Shown one piece after another: positions 17,374 to 26,104 of a DNA stretch of 32,000 nucleotides. Under the pieces are notes generated by a model. That model had not been told where the DNA came from. It saw only the letters and a list, made by a program, of their open reading frames with translations, and did not search any database. Each line of letters starts with the position of its first letter. The stretch's first letter is position 1. The position numbers and the translations under genes are program-made. The stretch covers positions 2,610,001 through 2,642,000 of the forward strand of contig NC_014833.1 of NCBI RefSeq assembly GCF_000179635.2. The letters run 5' to 3'. This DNA is from Ruminococcus albus 7 = DSM 20455. GTDB taxonomy: Bacteria; Bacillota; Clostridia; Oscillospirales; Ruminococcaceae.

Positions 17374-17871
17374 ATGCCTGTAAGGATAAAACACCCCGAG
17401 ATGAAACCTCGTGAAAAGAGCTTTTGTGTAAGCACGCTGATATGCACTGTGATATCGTTCCTGTTCACAGTGGAGATATTAACTATGCTGAGAAGTATAG
17501 TAACTAATGGCAGCAAAGTGATGACCTGCGCTGTGGTGGCAGGGTATCTGCTGTTTACGGTGATATGCGGCATCTGTCTGTACAAGGGGTTTGCGGCTTA
17601 TAAGTACGAGGACAGCATGAGCGCACTGGGCAAGGGTATCATCTACTTCTTTGAGGTGATAGTATGTCTGATAAATCTTAGGTTTGCCCTTTCGCTGGTA
17701 TTTTCGGTATTCGGTAAAAATGAGATAACCGAAAAGATCGTCGGTACAGATCAGAAAGCATTCGTACAGGCGCAGGTCATACCGTGGACTGCCATGCTGG
17801 GAGGACTTTTCCTGGCAGATATCATCGGTATTTTCAGTGCGTGGAAGCTGCTGAAATATCAGAAAAAATAA
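17374..17871 (+). CDS. Hypothetical 4-TM membrane protein
   Basis: 165 aa. The ATG directly abuts the stop of the CNNM gene (gagTAAATG), so the two are likely co-transcribed. Confidence 0.6.
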   Translation: MPVRIKHPEMKPREKSFCVSTLICTVISFLFTVEILTMLRSIVTNGSKVMTCAVVAGYLLFTVICGICLYKGFAAYKYEDSMSALGKGIIYFFEVIVCLINLRFALSLVFSVFGKNEITEKIVGTDQKAFVQAQVIPWTAMLGGLFLADIIGIFSAWKLLKYQKK

Positions 17872-17919
17872 TTTCTGAAATGATATTAATATCATTGAAG
17901 GAATATTATGCGTTAAAAA

Positions 17920-17949
17920 CGCCCGCGGAGGGATGATCCTCTGCGGGCG
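17920..17949. terminator. Bidirectional terminator between convergent genes
   Basis: cgcccgcggagg-gatgat-cctctgcgggcg, flanked by AAAAA upstream and gtcttgttt downstream. Confidence 0.8.
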
Positions 17950-18028
17950 GTCTTGTTTCAGTTATTGTATTTCACCTGACGTAAAAACGGATACGGATTC
18001 ACGGATATTATATGAACACTGCGGCGGA

Positions 18029-19330
18029 TCACATCAGCTTATTATTCATAATATAATGTGAATTGTAGGAGTAGGGTCTGGTCTCGCCGTAGGTTGCGCA
18101 TACGAAATACCAGTCGCCGTCAGTGCCGTAGTTGTAGGAATCCATGACATAATCTGTGCCGTTTATAGTTACCTCACACCAGAAGTGCTGCCACTTGTTG
18201 CCGAGTGATGAACCGCGCCAGCCCTGTACAACTCTTGCATCGTAGCCGAGATATCTCAAAACGGCGCATATTGCCGAGTTATACTGTATGCACTGACCTA
18301 CCTTGTAGTTGAAGCAGTTATCAACATGGCTCCTGTTCCATATAGTGCTGTATGCGGGGCCGTGGTAGCCGTCGGCATAGGATATCTTCTTGTTCAGCCA
18401 CTGAACAGTGTAGTCAAGGAATTCTCCCACTGACATATCTGACGTATAGTGGGTATCCACAAAGCGCTTTACTGTTGCAACATCTGCATCACTGAGGGTG
18501 ATGAGGGTCTTTGTTTCGGTGCTGCCCTGACGGTTGCACTCGTAGTAGGTATTCATCGAGGATGAACGCTTGGCCTTATCCAGCCTGTCGATAAGGTACT
18601 GACTGCTCCTCTTGTAACCGAAATCGGCTTCGGGCGCGGGAGCGGATTTGGTATTGATATTGACGGCAGAAGAATAATCACTGTATACAGTACTTCCGTT
18701 ATCCGCCTTTACAAAAGCCCTGACCCTGACGGAATACTTGGTATTGGCATTAAGATCGGTGATGTCAAGGGAGGTAGTAGCGGAAGAAGTGATCTTCTTC
18801 GGAGCGCTCCAGCTGCCGCTGCTGTTCTTATAGGTAACTTCATAACCTGCGCACCTGATCTTATTCCAGTGTACGCTGATACTGCGGATATCGGCTGAAG
18901 TATTGGATATAACAGGCGCTGACGGCTTGGTGCAGGCGGATATCTCACTGCTCCTGCTGCTCAATATGCGCTTGCTGCCTGATCTCTTGTATGCAACGAT
19001 ATAATACTTGTACGATGTGCCCGATGTCACCTTGCTGTCAGTATAAGTAGAAGCCACTGCGGGTAAAGTGCCTACCCTTACCCATGCAGGTGCAGATGAT
19101 GACCACCTGTACACATAGTACCCTGATGCGCCGCTGACCTTATTCCAGCCGATAGTGATATTCTTATCGGTAGAAGAATAAGTCATCATGGCGGAGGGCG
19201 CTTTGGCATAAACTGACGATGATGCATATACAGCGTCCTGTACCGAGGCGGATACAGGCAGAGCCGATATACCGCTGCCGACAGTCATCGCTGCGATCAA
19301 CAGCGCTGCTGCGCGTGTTTTTATACTCAT
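18029..19330 (-). CDS. Secreted protein with two Fn3-like domains and a C-terminal transglutaminase-like cysteine protease core
   Basis: Signal peptide MSIKTRAAALLIAAMTVGSGISALPVSA. Fn3-like segments (ITIGWNKVSGASGYYVYRW; ISVHWNKIRCAGYEVTY). C-terminus has GQCIQYNSAICAVLRYLGY ... WQHFWCEV ... DYVMD (Cys/His/Asp order). ATG 19330 is preceded by GGAGTG. Confidence 0.85.
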   Translation of the reverse strand: MSIKTRAAALLIAAMTVGSGISALPVSASVQDAVYASSSVYAKAPSAMMTYSSTDKNITIGWNKVSGASGYYVYRWSSSAPAWVRVGTLPAVASTYTDSKVTSGTSYKYYIVAYKRSGSKRILSSRSSEISACTKPSAPVISNTSADIRSISVHWNKIRCAGYEVTYKNSSGSWSAPKKITSSATTSLDITDLNANTKYSVRVRAFVKADNGSTVYSDYSSAVNINTKSAPAPEADFGYKRSSQYLIDRLDKAKRSSSMNTYYECNRQGSTETKTLITLSDADVATVKRFVDTHYTSDMSVGEFLDYTVQWLNKKISYADGYHGPAYSTIWNRSHVDNCFNYKVGQCIQYNSAICAVLRYLGYDARVVQGWRGSSLGNKWQHFWCEVTINGTDYVMDSYNYGTDGDWYFVCATYGETRPYSYNSHYIMNNKLM

Positions 19331-19383
19331 AAAGTTCACTCCATTCAATACTCATTGATAGTCTGGCTAAAATCATACTACCT

Positions 19384-19412
19384 AATATACAGCTTTTTCG
19401 TCAATTTGTCAA
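19384..19412 (-). promoter_or_regulatory. Promoter TTGACA-17-TATATT for the Fn3/transglutaminase gene
   Basis: The minus strand reads cTTGACAaattgacgaaaaagctgTATATTagg. Confidence 0.55.
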
Positions 19413-19580
19413 GTCCTGACAAAAAATGCAAGTCATCTGCTGTGATCTCACAAGCGCTGATTTGCGGAGAAAGAACTTAAAAAATTCAAGACAGACAGCT
19501 GCTGCCCCGTTTTTTCAACAGTAAGATCGTGATTTTGCAGGAAAAAATCAGAAATATTTCAAGAAATGTGATTTTACCCC

Positions 19581-19609
19581 TTGAAAAATCGGAGAAAGTG
19601 TATTATAAT
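19581..19609 (+). promoter_or_regulatory. Promoter TTGAAA-17-TATAAT for ilvE
   Basis: ttgaaa (19581-19586), a 17-nt spacer, then tataat (19604-19609). Confidence 0.6.
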
Positions 19610-19644
19610 AATAGCAGATCAAATTTTAAGAAAGAAGGATCACT

Positions 19645-20712
19645 ATGGAAATCAAAATCGAACTGACCAAAACTCCCAAGGCTAAGCCTACTGATGAGAC
19701 TAAGCTTGGTTTCGGTCACGTATTCACCGATCATATGTTTGCTATGAACTATGACACAGGCAAGGGCTGGCACGATGCTCGTATCGTTCCCTTTGACAAC
19801 GTTACACTCTCCCCTGCTGCTATGTGCCTGCACTACGGTCAGGAGATATTTGAGGGTCTTAAAGCTTACAGAACTGCTGACGGCACTGTTCAGCTGTTCA
19901 GACCCGATGAGAACTACAAGAGAATGAACGTATCTGCTGAGAGAATGGTAATACCTCAGATAGATGAGGAGTTCATGGTAGAAGCTACCAAGAAGCTGGT
20001 AGAGATCGAGAAGGACTGGGTACCTCACACTGACGGTGCTGCACTGTACATCAGACCCTTTATCTTCGCTACCGATCCTTTCGTTGGTGTAAGACCTGCA
20101 GATCACTATCTGTTCCTGATAATCCTTTCTCCTTCCGGTGCTTACTACTCCACAGGTCTTAACCCTGTTAAGATCTATGTTGAGCAGAACTACGTAAGAG
20201 CCGTAAGAGGCGGTACAGGCTTTGCTAAGACTGCTGCTAACTACGCTATATCCCTGAAGGGTCAGGACGAGGCTCACAACCAGGATTATGAGCAGGTACT
20301 TTGGCTGGACGGCGTTGAGCAGAAGTACATCGAGGAAGTTGGTTCGATGAACATATTCTTCGTTATCGACGGCGAGGTAGTTACACCTAAGCTGACAGGC
20401 TCGGTACTGCCCGGCATCACAAGAAAGAGCGCACTGGAAGTATGTAAGAGCAAGGGCATCCCATGTTCTGAAAGACGTATCACCATCGAGGAAGTTGCCA
20501 AGGCTTACGATGAGGGCAAGCTGGACGAGGTATTCGGCACAGGTACTGCTGCTGTTATCTCCCCTGTTGGTCACCTGAAGTGGGGCGACAAGGTAATGAC
20601 TATCAACGACAACAAGATAGGCAAGATCTCCCAGATGCTGTATGATACCATGACAGGTATCCAGTGGGGCAAGATCCCCGATACCTTCGGCTGGACCGTT
20701 AAGGTAGACTGA
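19645..20712 (+). CDS. ilvE: Branched-chain amino acid aminotransferase
   Basis: 355 aa class-IV aminotransferase. Carries LGFGHVFTDHMF, LHYGQEIFEGLKAYR, GGTGFAKTAANYA and LPGITR. Confidence 0.95.
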   Translation: MEIKIELTKTPKAKPTDETKLGFGHVFTDHMFAMNYDTGKGWHDARIVPFDNVTLSPAAMCLHYGQEIFEGLKAYRTADGTVQLFRPDENYKRMNVSAERMVIPQIDEEFMVEATKKLVEIEKDWVPHTDGAALYIRPFIFATDPFVGVRPADHYLFLIILSPSGAYYSTGLNPVKIYVEQNYVRAVRGGTGFAKTAANYAISLKGQDEAHNQDYEQVLWLDGVEQKYIEEVGSMNIFFVIDGEVVTPKLTGSVLPGITRKSALEVCKSKGIPCSERRITIEEVAKAYDEGKLDEVFGTGTAAVISPVGHLKWGDKVMTINDNKIGKISQMLYDTMTGIQWGKIPDTFGWTVKVD

Positions 20713-20728
20713 TAATCTAAAATATTCT

Positions 20729-20764
20729 GACCCCTGAGTGACATAAACTCCGGGGTCTTTTTTC
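20729..20764 (+). terminator. Rho-independent terminator after ilvE
   Basis: gacccctgag-tgacataaa-ctccggggtc followed by TTTTTT. Confidence 0.85.
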
Positions 20765-21006
20765 ATCCGCATAACCGATGTATCAAGTGTTGCGATAAAG
20801 GATGACCGATAACAGTTTATGAACGGCTGCAGAGATGATCATTTATTACACAGTGCCTTATATGTCAAGGGTATTATTAACGGATGTGCTGCATATCATT
20901 ATACAGCAGGGTAAATTGTTGGACACTTGTTAACGGCTTTGTGAAACCTATGCAAAATTATTGCCAGATTAGTTACAATTTGTATAAAAAAATTCGGAGA
21001 ATGCTA

Positions 21007-21035
21007 TTGTACTTTTTTATTGATTATGCTATAAT
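21007..21035 (+). promoter_or_regulatory. Putative promoter TTGTAC-17-TATAAT for cdaA
   Basis: ttgtac (21007-21012), a 17-nt spacer, then tataat (21030-21035). Confidence 0.45.
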
Positions 21036-21083
21036 AATATAGAATATAGTATTCATTTTATTAATTTGCAAAGGGTGTGGAAT

Positions 21084-21965
21084 ATGCTTCAAACAATACA
21101 AGAGACCTTGAATTCTGTATGGGGCGTGTTTCTCAATATACGTCTTAACGATATTGTTGACATAATCATACTTTATTTTCTTATATACAACGGCATAAAG
21201 CTGATACGTGAGACCAGAGCTCAGCAGCTGACAAAGGGTATCGCGGTGCTGCTTGCCTGTTATGCCATAGCTTATCTGTTCAATCTCAATACCATGCGCT
21301 TTTTGCTGAAGCTGTGCTTTCAGTGGGGCTTTCTTGCGCTTATCATACTTTTCCAGCCTGAGCTTCGGCGTATGCTGGAAAAAGTCGGCAGAACAAGGAT
21401 AGCGGAGCTGAGTTTTCTGAATCCACAGGATGCGACCTCGGATGAGATGAAGTGGAGCAGTGCGATAGAAGCTATATGCGATGCGGCTCAGAATCTTTCA
21501 TCCAGCAAAACAGGTGCGCTGATAATATGCGAGCGCAAGACCAAGCTGGGCGAACAGATAGCTACGGGTACAGTACTGAACTGTACACCCTCTGTGGCGG
21601 TGTTCGGTAATATATTCTACCCGAATACTCCCCTGCATGACGGCGCGGTGATAGTAAGGGACGGTGTGATACTGGCGGCAGGATGTTTTCTGCCAAGACC
21701 CCAGAAGGATGAACTGATAAACAAGCAGCTCGGATCAAGACACAGGGCAGCAATAGGTATGAGCGAGAACTCAGATGCGCTGGTAGTCGTTGTATCCGAG
21801 GAAACAGGTGCTATATCCGTAGCGGAGAACGGTGAGCTTACAAGAGGATATACCAAGGAGTCCCTGAAAAAGCTGCTGACCTCCTCGCTTATAACCGATA
21901 AGGATAGCGGATCGGCAAAAGAAAGATCATTTGCAGGAAGGGTGTTCTCAAGATGGAAGAAGTAA
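21084..21965 (+). CDS. cdaA: Diadenylate cyclase CdaA (membrane DAC domain protein)
   Basis: N-terminal TMs, then DGAVIVRDGVILAAGCFLP and GSRHRAAIGMSENSDALVVVVSEETGAISV (DisA_N/DAC motifs). ATG 21084 is preferred over TTG 21066. Confidence 0.93.
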   Translation: MLQTIQETLNSVWGVFLNIRLNDIVDIIILYFLIYNGIKLIRETRAQQLTKGIAVLLACYAIAYLFNLNTMRFLLKLCFQWGFLALIILFQPELRRMLEKVGRTRIAELSFLNPQDATSDEMKWSSAIEAICDAAQNLSSSKTGALIICERKTKLGEQIATGTVLNCTPSVAVFGNIFYPNTPLHDGAVIVRDGVILAAGCFLPRPQKDELINKQLGSRHRAAIGMSENSDALVVVVSEETGAISVAENGELTRGYTKESLKKLLTSSLITDKDSGSAKERSFAGRVFSRWKK

Positions 21966-23290
21966 AAGAAAACGTCAGGAACACCGGTATATCAAAAAAG
22001 ATCAGAAACATCAAGAACAAGGGCACAGACCTGTCGCTGAGGATACTGGCTTTTATAATCGCGGTGATAGCCTGGTTCATAATGTCAATAACCCAGTTCC
22101 CTACCATAAACAAGACCATAACAGGTGTTCATGTTGATTTCAGCATGAACGGCACTATTGCTGAGGATAAGGGGCTGGCGGCTCTGAACTACAAGGATCT
22201 TACGGTCGATGTTGAGATAAAGGGCATGAACTATGAGATAGGTACGTACACAGAAAACGACCTTATCGCTACGGTGAATCTTGACAATGTTACAAAGGAA
22301 GGCACGTACAAGCTGGATATAGATGTCAAGAGCAGTCACACTACGGACAGATGCACGATAGTATCCGTATTGCCCGAGAGCATAGAGGTGGAATTTGACA
22401 GGATCACACAGAAGACCATTGATGTGACCCCCGAGGCTCCGCTTATCTCTGCGGAGGAAGGATATACCCTCAAGGAAACATCGGTATCACCAAAGGAGAT
22501 ATCCATAGGCGGTCCCAAAAACGAACTTGATAAGATCGAAAAGGTGTCTGCACGTATATCCAAATCTAAAAAGCTTTCTGAGGATACTCCGATGCAGGCT
22601 GAGGATCTGATATTCTACGATGCCGACGGCAACAAGCTGGACAGCTCAAAATTCACTTTCAGCAAGGCTTCGGAATTCAATGTGAACTTCGTAATATACA
22701 AGAAGAAAGTGCTGAACCTTTCGGTAGATATCGGAAGCACGCCCGATGGATTCGATAAATCGTCGATACCCATCAAGCTGTCGCAGGATAAGATATCGGT
22801 AATAACTCCGCATCTGGACGAGCCCGACGAGGAGGACATAAGTCTTGGTACAATACCGCTTTCAAGCATAGATCTGAAAAGGGTGTTTAATTTCAAGATC
22901 CCCCTGAACACAGGCGAAGTCAATATGAGCGGAAATGATTCCATAGCAGTAAGCTTTGACAAGAAGGGCTACACATCGGCTTCATTCACCCTTTATGCGG
23001 ATAACATAGAGCTTATTGGTACACCTTCGGATTTTGAGAGCGAGATAGACAACGAGAAGATACCTAATGTGGTGTTATATGGTCCGGAAGATGTCATATC
23101 AACACTGACTGACGAGGAAATATATGCCAGTGTATCCCTCAGTGATATCAAGGAATCAGGCTCGTACACCAAGGAATTAATGATATACGCCAAGGACAGG
23201 AAAAACGTATGGTGCTTCGGAAGCAACGAGGTACAGATAACTGTATCCAAGCCAAGGATCAACGAGAGCAGTGAAAGCGATATATCATAA
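21953..23290 (+). CDS. cdaR: CdaR-like regulator (YbbR-domain protein)
   Basis: 445 aa. It overlaps the cdaA end by 13 nt. It has one N-terminal TM followed by a long repetitive beta-rich region, in the canonical position after cdaA. Confidence 0.8.
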   Translation: MEEVKENVRNTGISKKIRNIKNKGTDLSLRILAFIIAVIAWFIMSITQFPTINKTITGVHVDFSMNGTIAEDKGLAALNYKDLTVDVEIKGMNYEIGTYTENDLIATVNLDNVTKEGTYKLDIDVKSSHTTDRCTIVSVLPESIEVEFDRITQKTIDVTPEAPLISAEEGYTLKETSVSPKEISIGGPKNELDKIEKVSARISKSKKLSEDTPMQAEDLIFYDADGNKLDSSKFTFSKASEFNVNFVIYKKKVLNLSVDIGSTPDGFDKSSIPIKLSQDKISVITPHLDEPDEEDISLGTIPLSSIDLKRVFNFKIPLNTGEVNMSGNDSIAVSFDKKGYTSASFTLYADNIELIGTPSDFESEIDNEKIPNVVLYGPEDVISTLTDEEIYASVSLSDIKESGSYTKELMIYAKDRKNVWCFGSNEVQITVSKPRINESSESDIS

Positions 23291-23309
23291 GTGATCATAA
23301 AAGAAACAG

Positions 23310-23344
23310 GCGGTTCGGCGCGTAAGCCGTCGAGCCGCTTTTTT
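23310..23344 (+). terminator. Rho-independent terminator after cdaR
   Basis: gcggttcggcg-cgtaagc-cgtcgagccgc (11 bp including 2 G-U) followed by TTTTTT. The T-tract runs straight into the GGAGGA SD of the next gene. Confidence 0.75.
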
Positions 23345-23357
23345 GGAGGAAAATAAA

Positions 23358-24944
23358 ATGCCTGTAATTGTAAACCAGATAAGCTCGGCGCCGGGGACGG
23401 ATGAAAAGAGCATAATTGAAACAGCAAGAAAAAAACTGGGGATATCACCTGCAAGCATCCGCGGTGCACATATATACAAGACCTCACTGGATGCGCGCAA
23501 ACGCGAGAACATACACTATGTACACTCGGTAATATTCACACTGAACAGCACTGACGAGGAGATACGTATATCAGACAGGGATGCTTTATTCACCTACGCC
23601 GCACCTGCTGAATTCAGACCTGTGATATCAAATGACCATGCGGACGGCCGTGTTGTTATCGCAGGTTTCGGTCCTGCCGGAATGTTCTGTGCGCTGGCAC
23701 TGGCAGAGCAGGGATATCGTCCGCTGGTGCTTGAACGCGGCGAAAGCATGGATGAGCGTGTGGCTTCGGTGGAACGATTCATGGGAACGGGCATACTCAA
23801 CGAGAAATCTAACATACAGTTCGGTGAGGGCGGTGCAGGAACATTCTCGGACGGAAAGCTTACAACGAGGATAAAGGATCCCCTTTGCAGATATGTGCTG
23901 GAAAGAATGACCGCCTTCGGTGCACCCGAGGAGATACTCACAAAGGCAAAGCCCCATATAGGCACAGACAAACTAAGGGGCGTGGTAAAAGGCATAAGAG
24001 AGAGGATAATCGAACTTGGCGGCGAGATAAGGTTCTGCACTCAGCTTGAGGATATCGAACTTGACGGCAGACACGCCCGCGCTGTAAGCTTCACGGGGGG
24101 CAAAGAGGAAGTATCTGCGGTGGTGCTGGCGATAGGACATTCAGCGAGGGATACTTTCGAGATGCTCCACAGAAAGGGCATATTCCTTGAAGCAAAACCA
24201 TTCTCCGTAGGGGCGAGGATAGAACACAGGCAGACGGAGGTCGACAGAAGTCTTTACGGGGAGTACGCAGGAAGTCCCATGCTGCCAAAGGGAGAATATC
24301 AGCTTTCATACCGTGAGGGCAGCGGACGTGCGGCTTACACCTTCTGTATGTGTCCGGGCGGTACGGTAGTACCTGCGGCTTCGGAGACAGGCGGCACTGT
24401 AACGAACGGTATGAGTGTATTCGCACGTGACGGTGTATATGCAAATTCGGCGCTGGTGGTATCGGTAAGTCCCGAAGATTTCGGCAGCAAGCCCCTTGAC
24501 GGTATGTACTTTGCGCGGGAGATAGAGCAGAAAGCCTACAAGGCTGCGGGCAGCTACAAGGCTTGCGCTTCAAGCGTAAAGGGATTTCTTGCCGGCAAAG
24601 CTGACCTAGATACAGACATAGAGCCAAGCTATTCCCTTGGGGTGACGGCGGTAGATTACGAGAAGATATTCCCTAAACAGGTGACTGAAATGATGCGCAC
24701 CGGTCTGAAAGTATTTTCACGGAAGATGAAATGCTTCGGGGACGGAAAAGCACTTCTCTGTGCACCCGAAACGAGGACGAGTTCACCCGTGAGGATAACA
24801 AGGGACAAAGACAGAATGACTTCCCTTTCCTGCGATAATCTTTACCCCTGCGGCGAGGGTGCGGGCTACGCGGGAGGAATAATGAGCGCGGCAGTGGACG
24901 GACTGAACACGGCACTGAAGATAATGGCTGAGATAGCGCCATGA
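23358..24944 (+). CDS. FAD-dependent protein (COG2509-like NAD(FAD)-utilising dehydrogenase)
   Basis: Dinucleotide-binding VVIAGFGPAGMFCALALAEQG. About 528 aa. The C-terminus LYPCGEGAGYAGGI is typical of this family. ATG 23358 follows GGAGGA. Confidence 0.8.
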   Translation: MPVIVNQISSAPGTDEKSIIETARKKLGISPASIRGAHIYKTSLDARKRENIHYVHSVIFTLNSTDEEIRISDRDALFTYAAPAEFRPVISNDHADGRVVIAGFGPAGMFCALALAEQGYRPLVLERGESMDERVASVERFMGTGILNEKSNIQFGEGGAGTFSDGKLTTRIKDPLCRYVLERMTAFGAPEEILTKAKPHIGTDKLRGVVKGIRERIIELGGEIRFCTQLEDIELDGRHARAVSFTGGKEEVSAVVLAIGHSARDTFEMLHRKGIFLEAKPFSVGARIEHRQTEVDRSLYGEYAGSPMLPKGEYQLSYREGSGRAAYTFCMCPGGTVVPAASETGGTVTNGMSVFARDGVYANSALVVSVSPEDFGSKPLDGMYFAREIEQKAYKAAGSYKACASSVKGFLAGKADLDTDIEPSYSLGVTAVDYEKIFPKQVTEMMRTGLKVFSRKMKCFGDGKALLCAPETRTSSPVRITRDKDRMTSLSCDNLYPCGEGAGYAGGIMSAAVDGLNTALKIMAEIAP

Positions 24945-25513
24945 TATACGGAGGAAACATGACACCGAAAGAATATCTGGAAATACTGCACACCGCAGAA
25001 AAGTTGAAAGACACCACAAGGCACTGTACGACATCCAAAAGACGTACCGAAAGTGTGGCAGAACACAGCTGGCGGCTGGCGCTGATGGCGATACTCCTTC
25101 GCGGAGAATTTCCCGAAGCCGACATAAACAAGCTGACTGCCATGTGTGTGATACACGACCTTGGGGAATGTTTCACAGGTGACATACCCACATTCAGCAA
25201 GACTGACAAAGACCGTGAGACCGAAGACAGACTTCTGAATGAATGGGTAGGTTCTCTGCCCGCGGAAATTTCTTCTTATTTCAAGGCACTGTATCGGGAG
25301 ATGGAAGAACAGAAAACGATAGAAGCAAAACTGTTCAAGGCACTTGACAAGCTTGAAGCCCTGATACAGCACAATGAATCACCGCTGGATACATGGTCTG
25401 AAAATGAACGTGAGTTAAATCTGACTTACGGTACAGATACAGTGGCTTTCTCGGAATGGCTGACAGAACTCCGAAAAGTGATACTTAACGAAACACTGGA
25501 TAAACTCGGATAA
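24941..25513 (+). CDS. HD-domain phosphohydrolase (YfbR-like 5'-nucleotidase type)
   Basis: AEHSWRLALMA ... VIHDLGECFTGDIP (H...HD...D). The ATGA overlaps the upstream stop. An alternative start is ATG 24959, 4 nt after GGAGG. Confidence 0.85.
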   Translation: MIYGGNMTPKEYLEILHTAEKLKDTTRHCTTSKRRTESVAEHSWRLALMAILLRGEFPEADINKLTAMCVIHDLGECFTGDIPTFSKTDKDRETEDRLLNEWVGSLPAEISSYFKALYREMEEQKTIEAKLFKALDKLEALIQHNESPLDTWSENERELNLTYGTDTVAFSEWLTELRKVILNETLDKLG

Positions 25514-25557
25514 TAAAAACGGCGGAGCGTGTAAGACGGTACTCATATAGAATTTTT

Positions 25558-25587
25558 GCCCCTGAGCCTTTCAAAGTGCTCAGGGGC
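25558..25587. terminator. GC-rich hairpin at the 3' end of cassette 2
   Basis: gcccctgagc-ctttcaaagt-gctcaggggc. In the cargo (minus) orientation it is preceded by ACAATG and followed by AAAAATTCTATAT, as in cassette 1. Confidence 0.6.
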
Positions 25588-25620
25588 ATTGTACTTATTG
25601 TTACTAAGCTAAATCAGAAT

Positions 25621-25935
25621 TTAACGATTGTACTTTGCGCCAGCAGTAATTAACATGGCTAATCCCACTACAAAGCAAACAGCAAAACATAGAAAACTGT
25701 AAGCAGAATCTGTCACGAAAAGTATTACCGCAGATATCAGCAACCCAATTCCTATTACAATAAGACCAGTTCCTGACAGCCTGCAAAACGCCGTCTTGTT
25801 TTCCGCAGAGACTTTATTGACATGATAATCATGCATTAGGGAAAGTTTTTCTTTTTTCCAGATCAACCAACCCATAACAGCAATAATGGTACCTACTCCT
25901 CCAGTTATTAAGACTCCTATTATTTTTCCTATCAT
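25621..25935 (-). CDS. Small 3-TM membrane protein (cargo of cassette 2)
   Basis: MIGKIIGVLITGGVGTIIAVMGWLIW... 104 aa. ATG 25935 lies 9 nt after GGGAG. The longer track ORF (to 26034) would read through the promoter and hairpin. Confidence 0.65.
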   Translation of the reverse strand: MIGKIIGVLITGGVGTIIAVMGWLIWKKEKLSLMHDYHVNKVSAENKTAFCRLSGTGLIVIGIGLLISAVILFVTDSAYSFLCFAVCFVVGLAMLITAGAKYNR

Positions 25936-25974
25936 ATCGAGGATCTCCCTTACAAATTCCGATTTATGCCAGTA

Positions 25975-26003
25975 ATTATAGCACAGCATTGAAGGTCTGT
26001 CAA
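25975..26003 (-). promoter_or_regulatory. Perfect consensus promoter TTGACA-17-TATAAT for the small membrane gene
   Basis: The minus strand reads ccaTTGACAgaccttcaatgctgtgcTATAATtactgg. Confidence 0.7.
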
Positions 26004-26010
26004 TGGAAAC

Positions 26011-26049
26011 GCCATAGTACTTTTGACCTTGCATCAGAAATACTATGGC
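26011..26049 (-). repeat. REP-like hairpin, copy 2
   Basis: The minus strand reads gccatagtatttctga-tgcaagg-tcaaaagtactatggc. The 17-nt string gccatagtatttctgat is identical to 13045-13061. Confidence 0.85.
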
Positions 26050-26104
26050 TTAATGCTTCTGTATGAGTACCGGCTATAGCTCCGCCGTTGATTTTTTTCT
26101 GAAA

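Larger units (their letters stand above)
25515..26098 (-). mobile_element. Cassette 2: imperfect terminal inverted repeats enclosing hairpin + promoter + small membrane-protein gene + GC hairpin (no transposase)
   Basis: AACGGCGGAGC (25518-25528) pairs with GCTCCGCCGTT (26079-26089), and CGGTACTCATA (25537-25547) pairs with TATGAGTACCG (26062-26072). The arms are flanked by A5 and T7 runs. The interior ends are homologous to cassette 1. Confidence 0.4.

Noticed and set aside
19540-19560. CodY-box-like sequence AAAAATCAGAAATAT upstream of ilvE
   Set aside because: By my count only about 10 of 15 positions match AATTTTCWGAAAATT. That is too weak to call in A+T-rich DNA.
19603-20772. 389-aa ORF on the minus strand
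   Set aside because: It is a shadow ORF antisense to ilvE. It spans the ilvE promoter and terminator and shows no recognisable motifs.
22993-25372. Several 100-180-aa minus-strand ORFs (22993-23487, 23594-24040, 24091-24627, 24673-25209, 24866-25372)
   Set aside because: All are antisense to the well-supported cdaR, FAD-protein and HD genes. Their translations are Ser/Pro/Arg-rich shadow frames.
25936-26034. N-terminal extension of the small membrane-protein ORF (MQGQKYYGVSIDRPS...)
   Set aside because: It would be translated from the REP-like hairpin and the consensus promoter itself. A good SD precedes the internal ATG at 25935.
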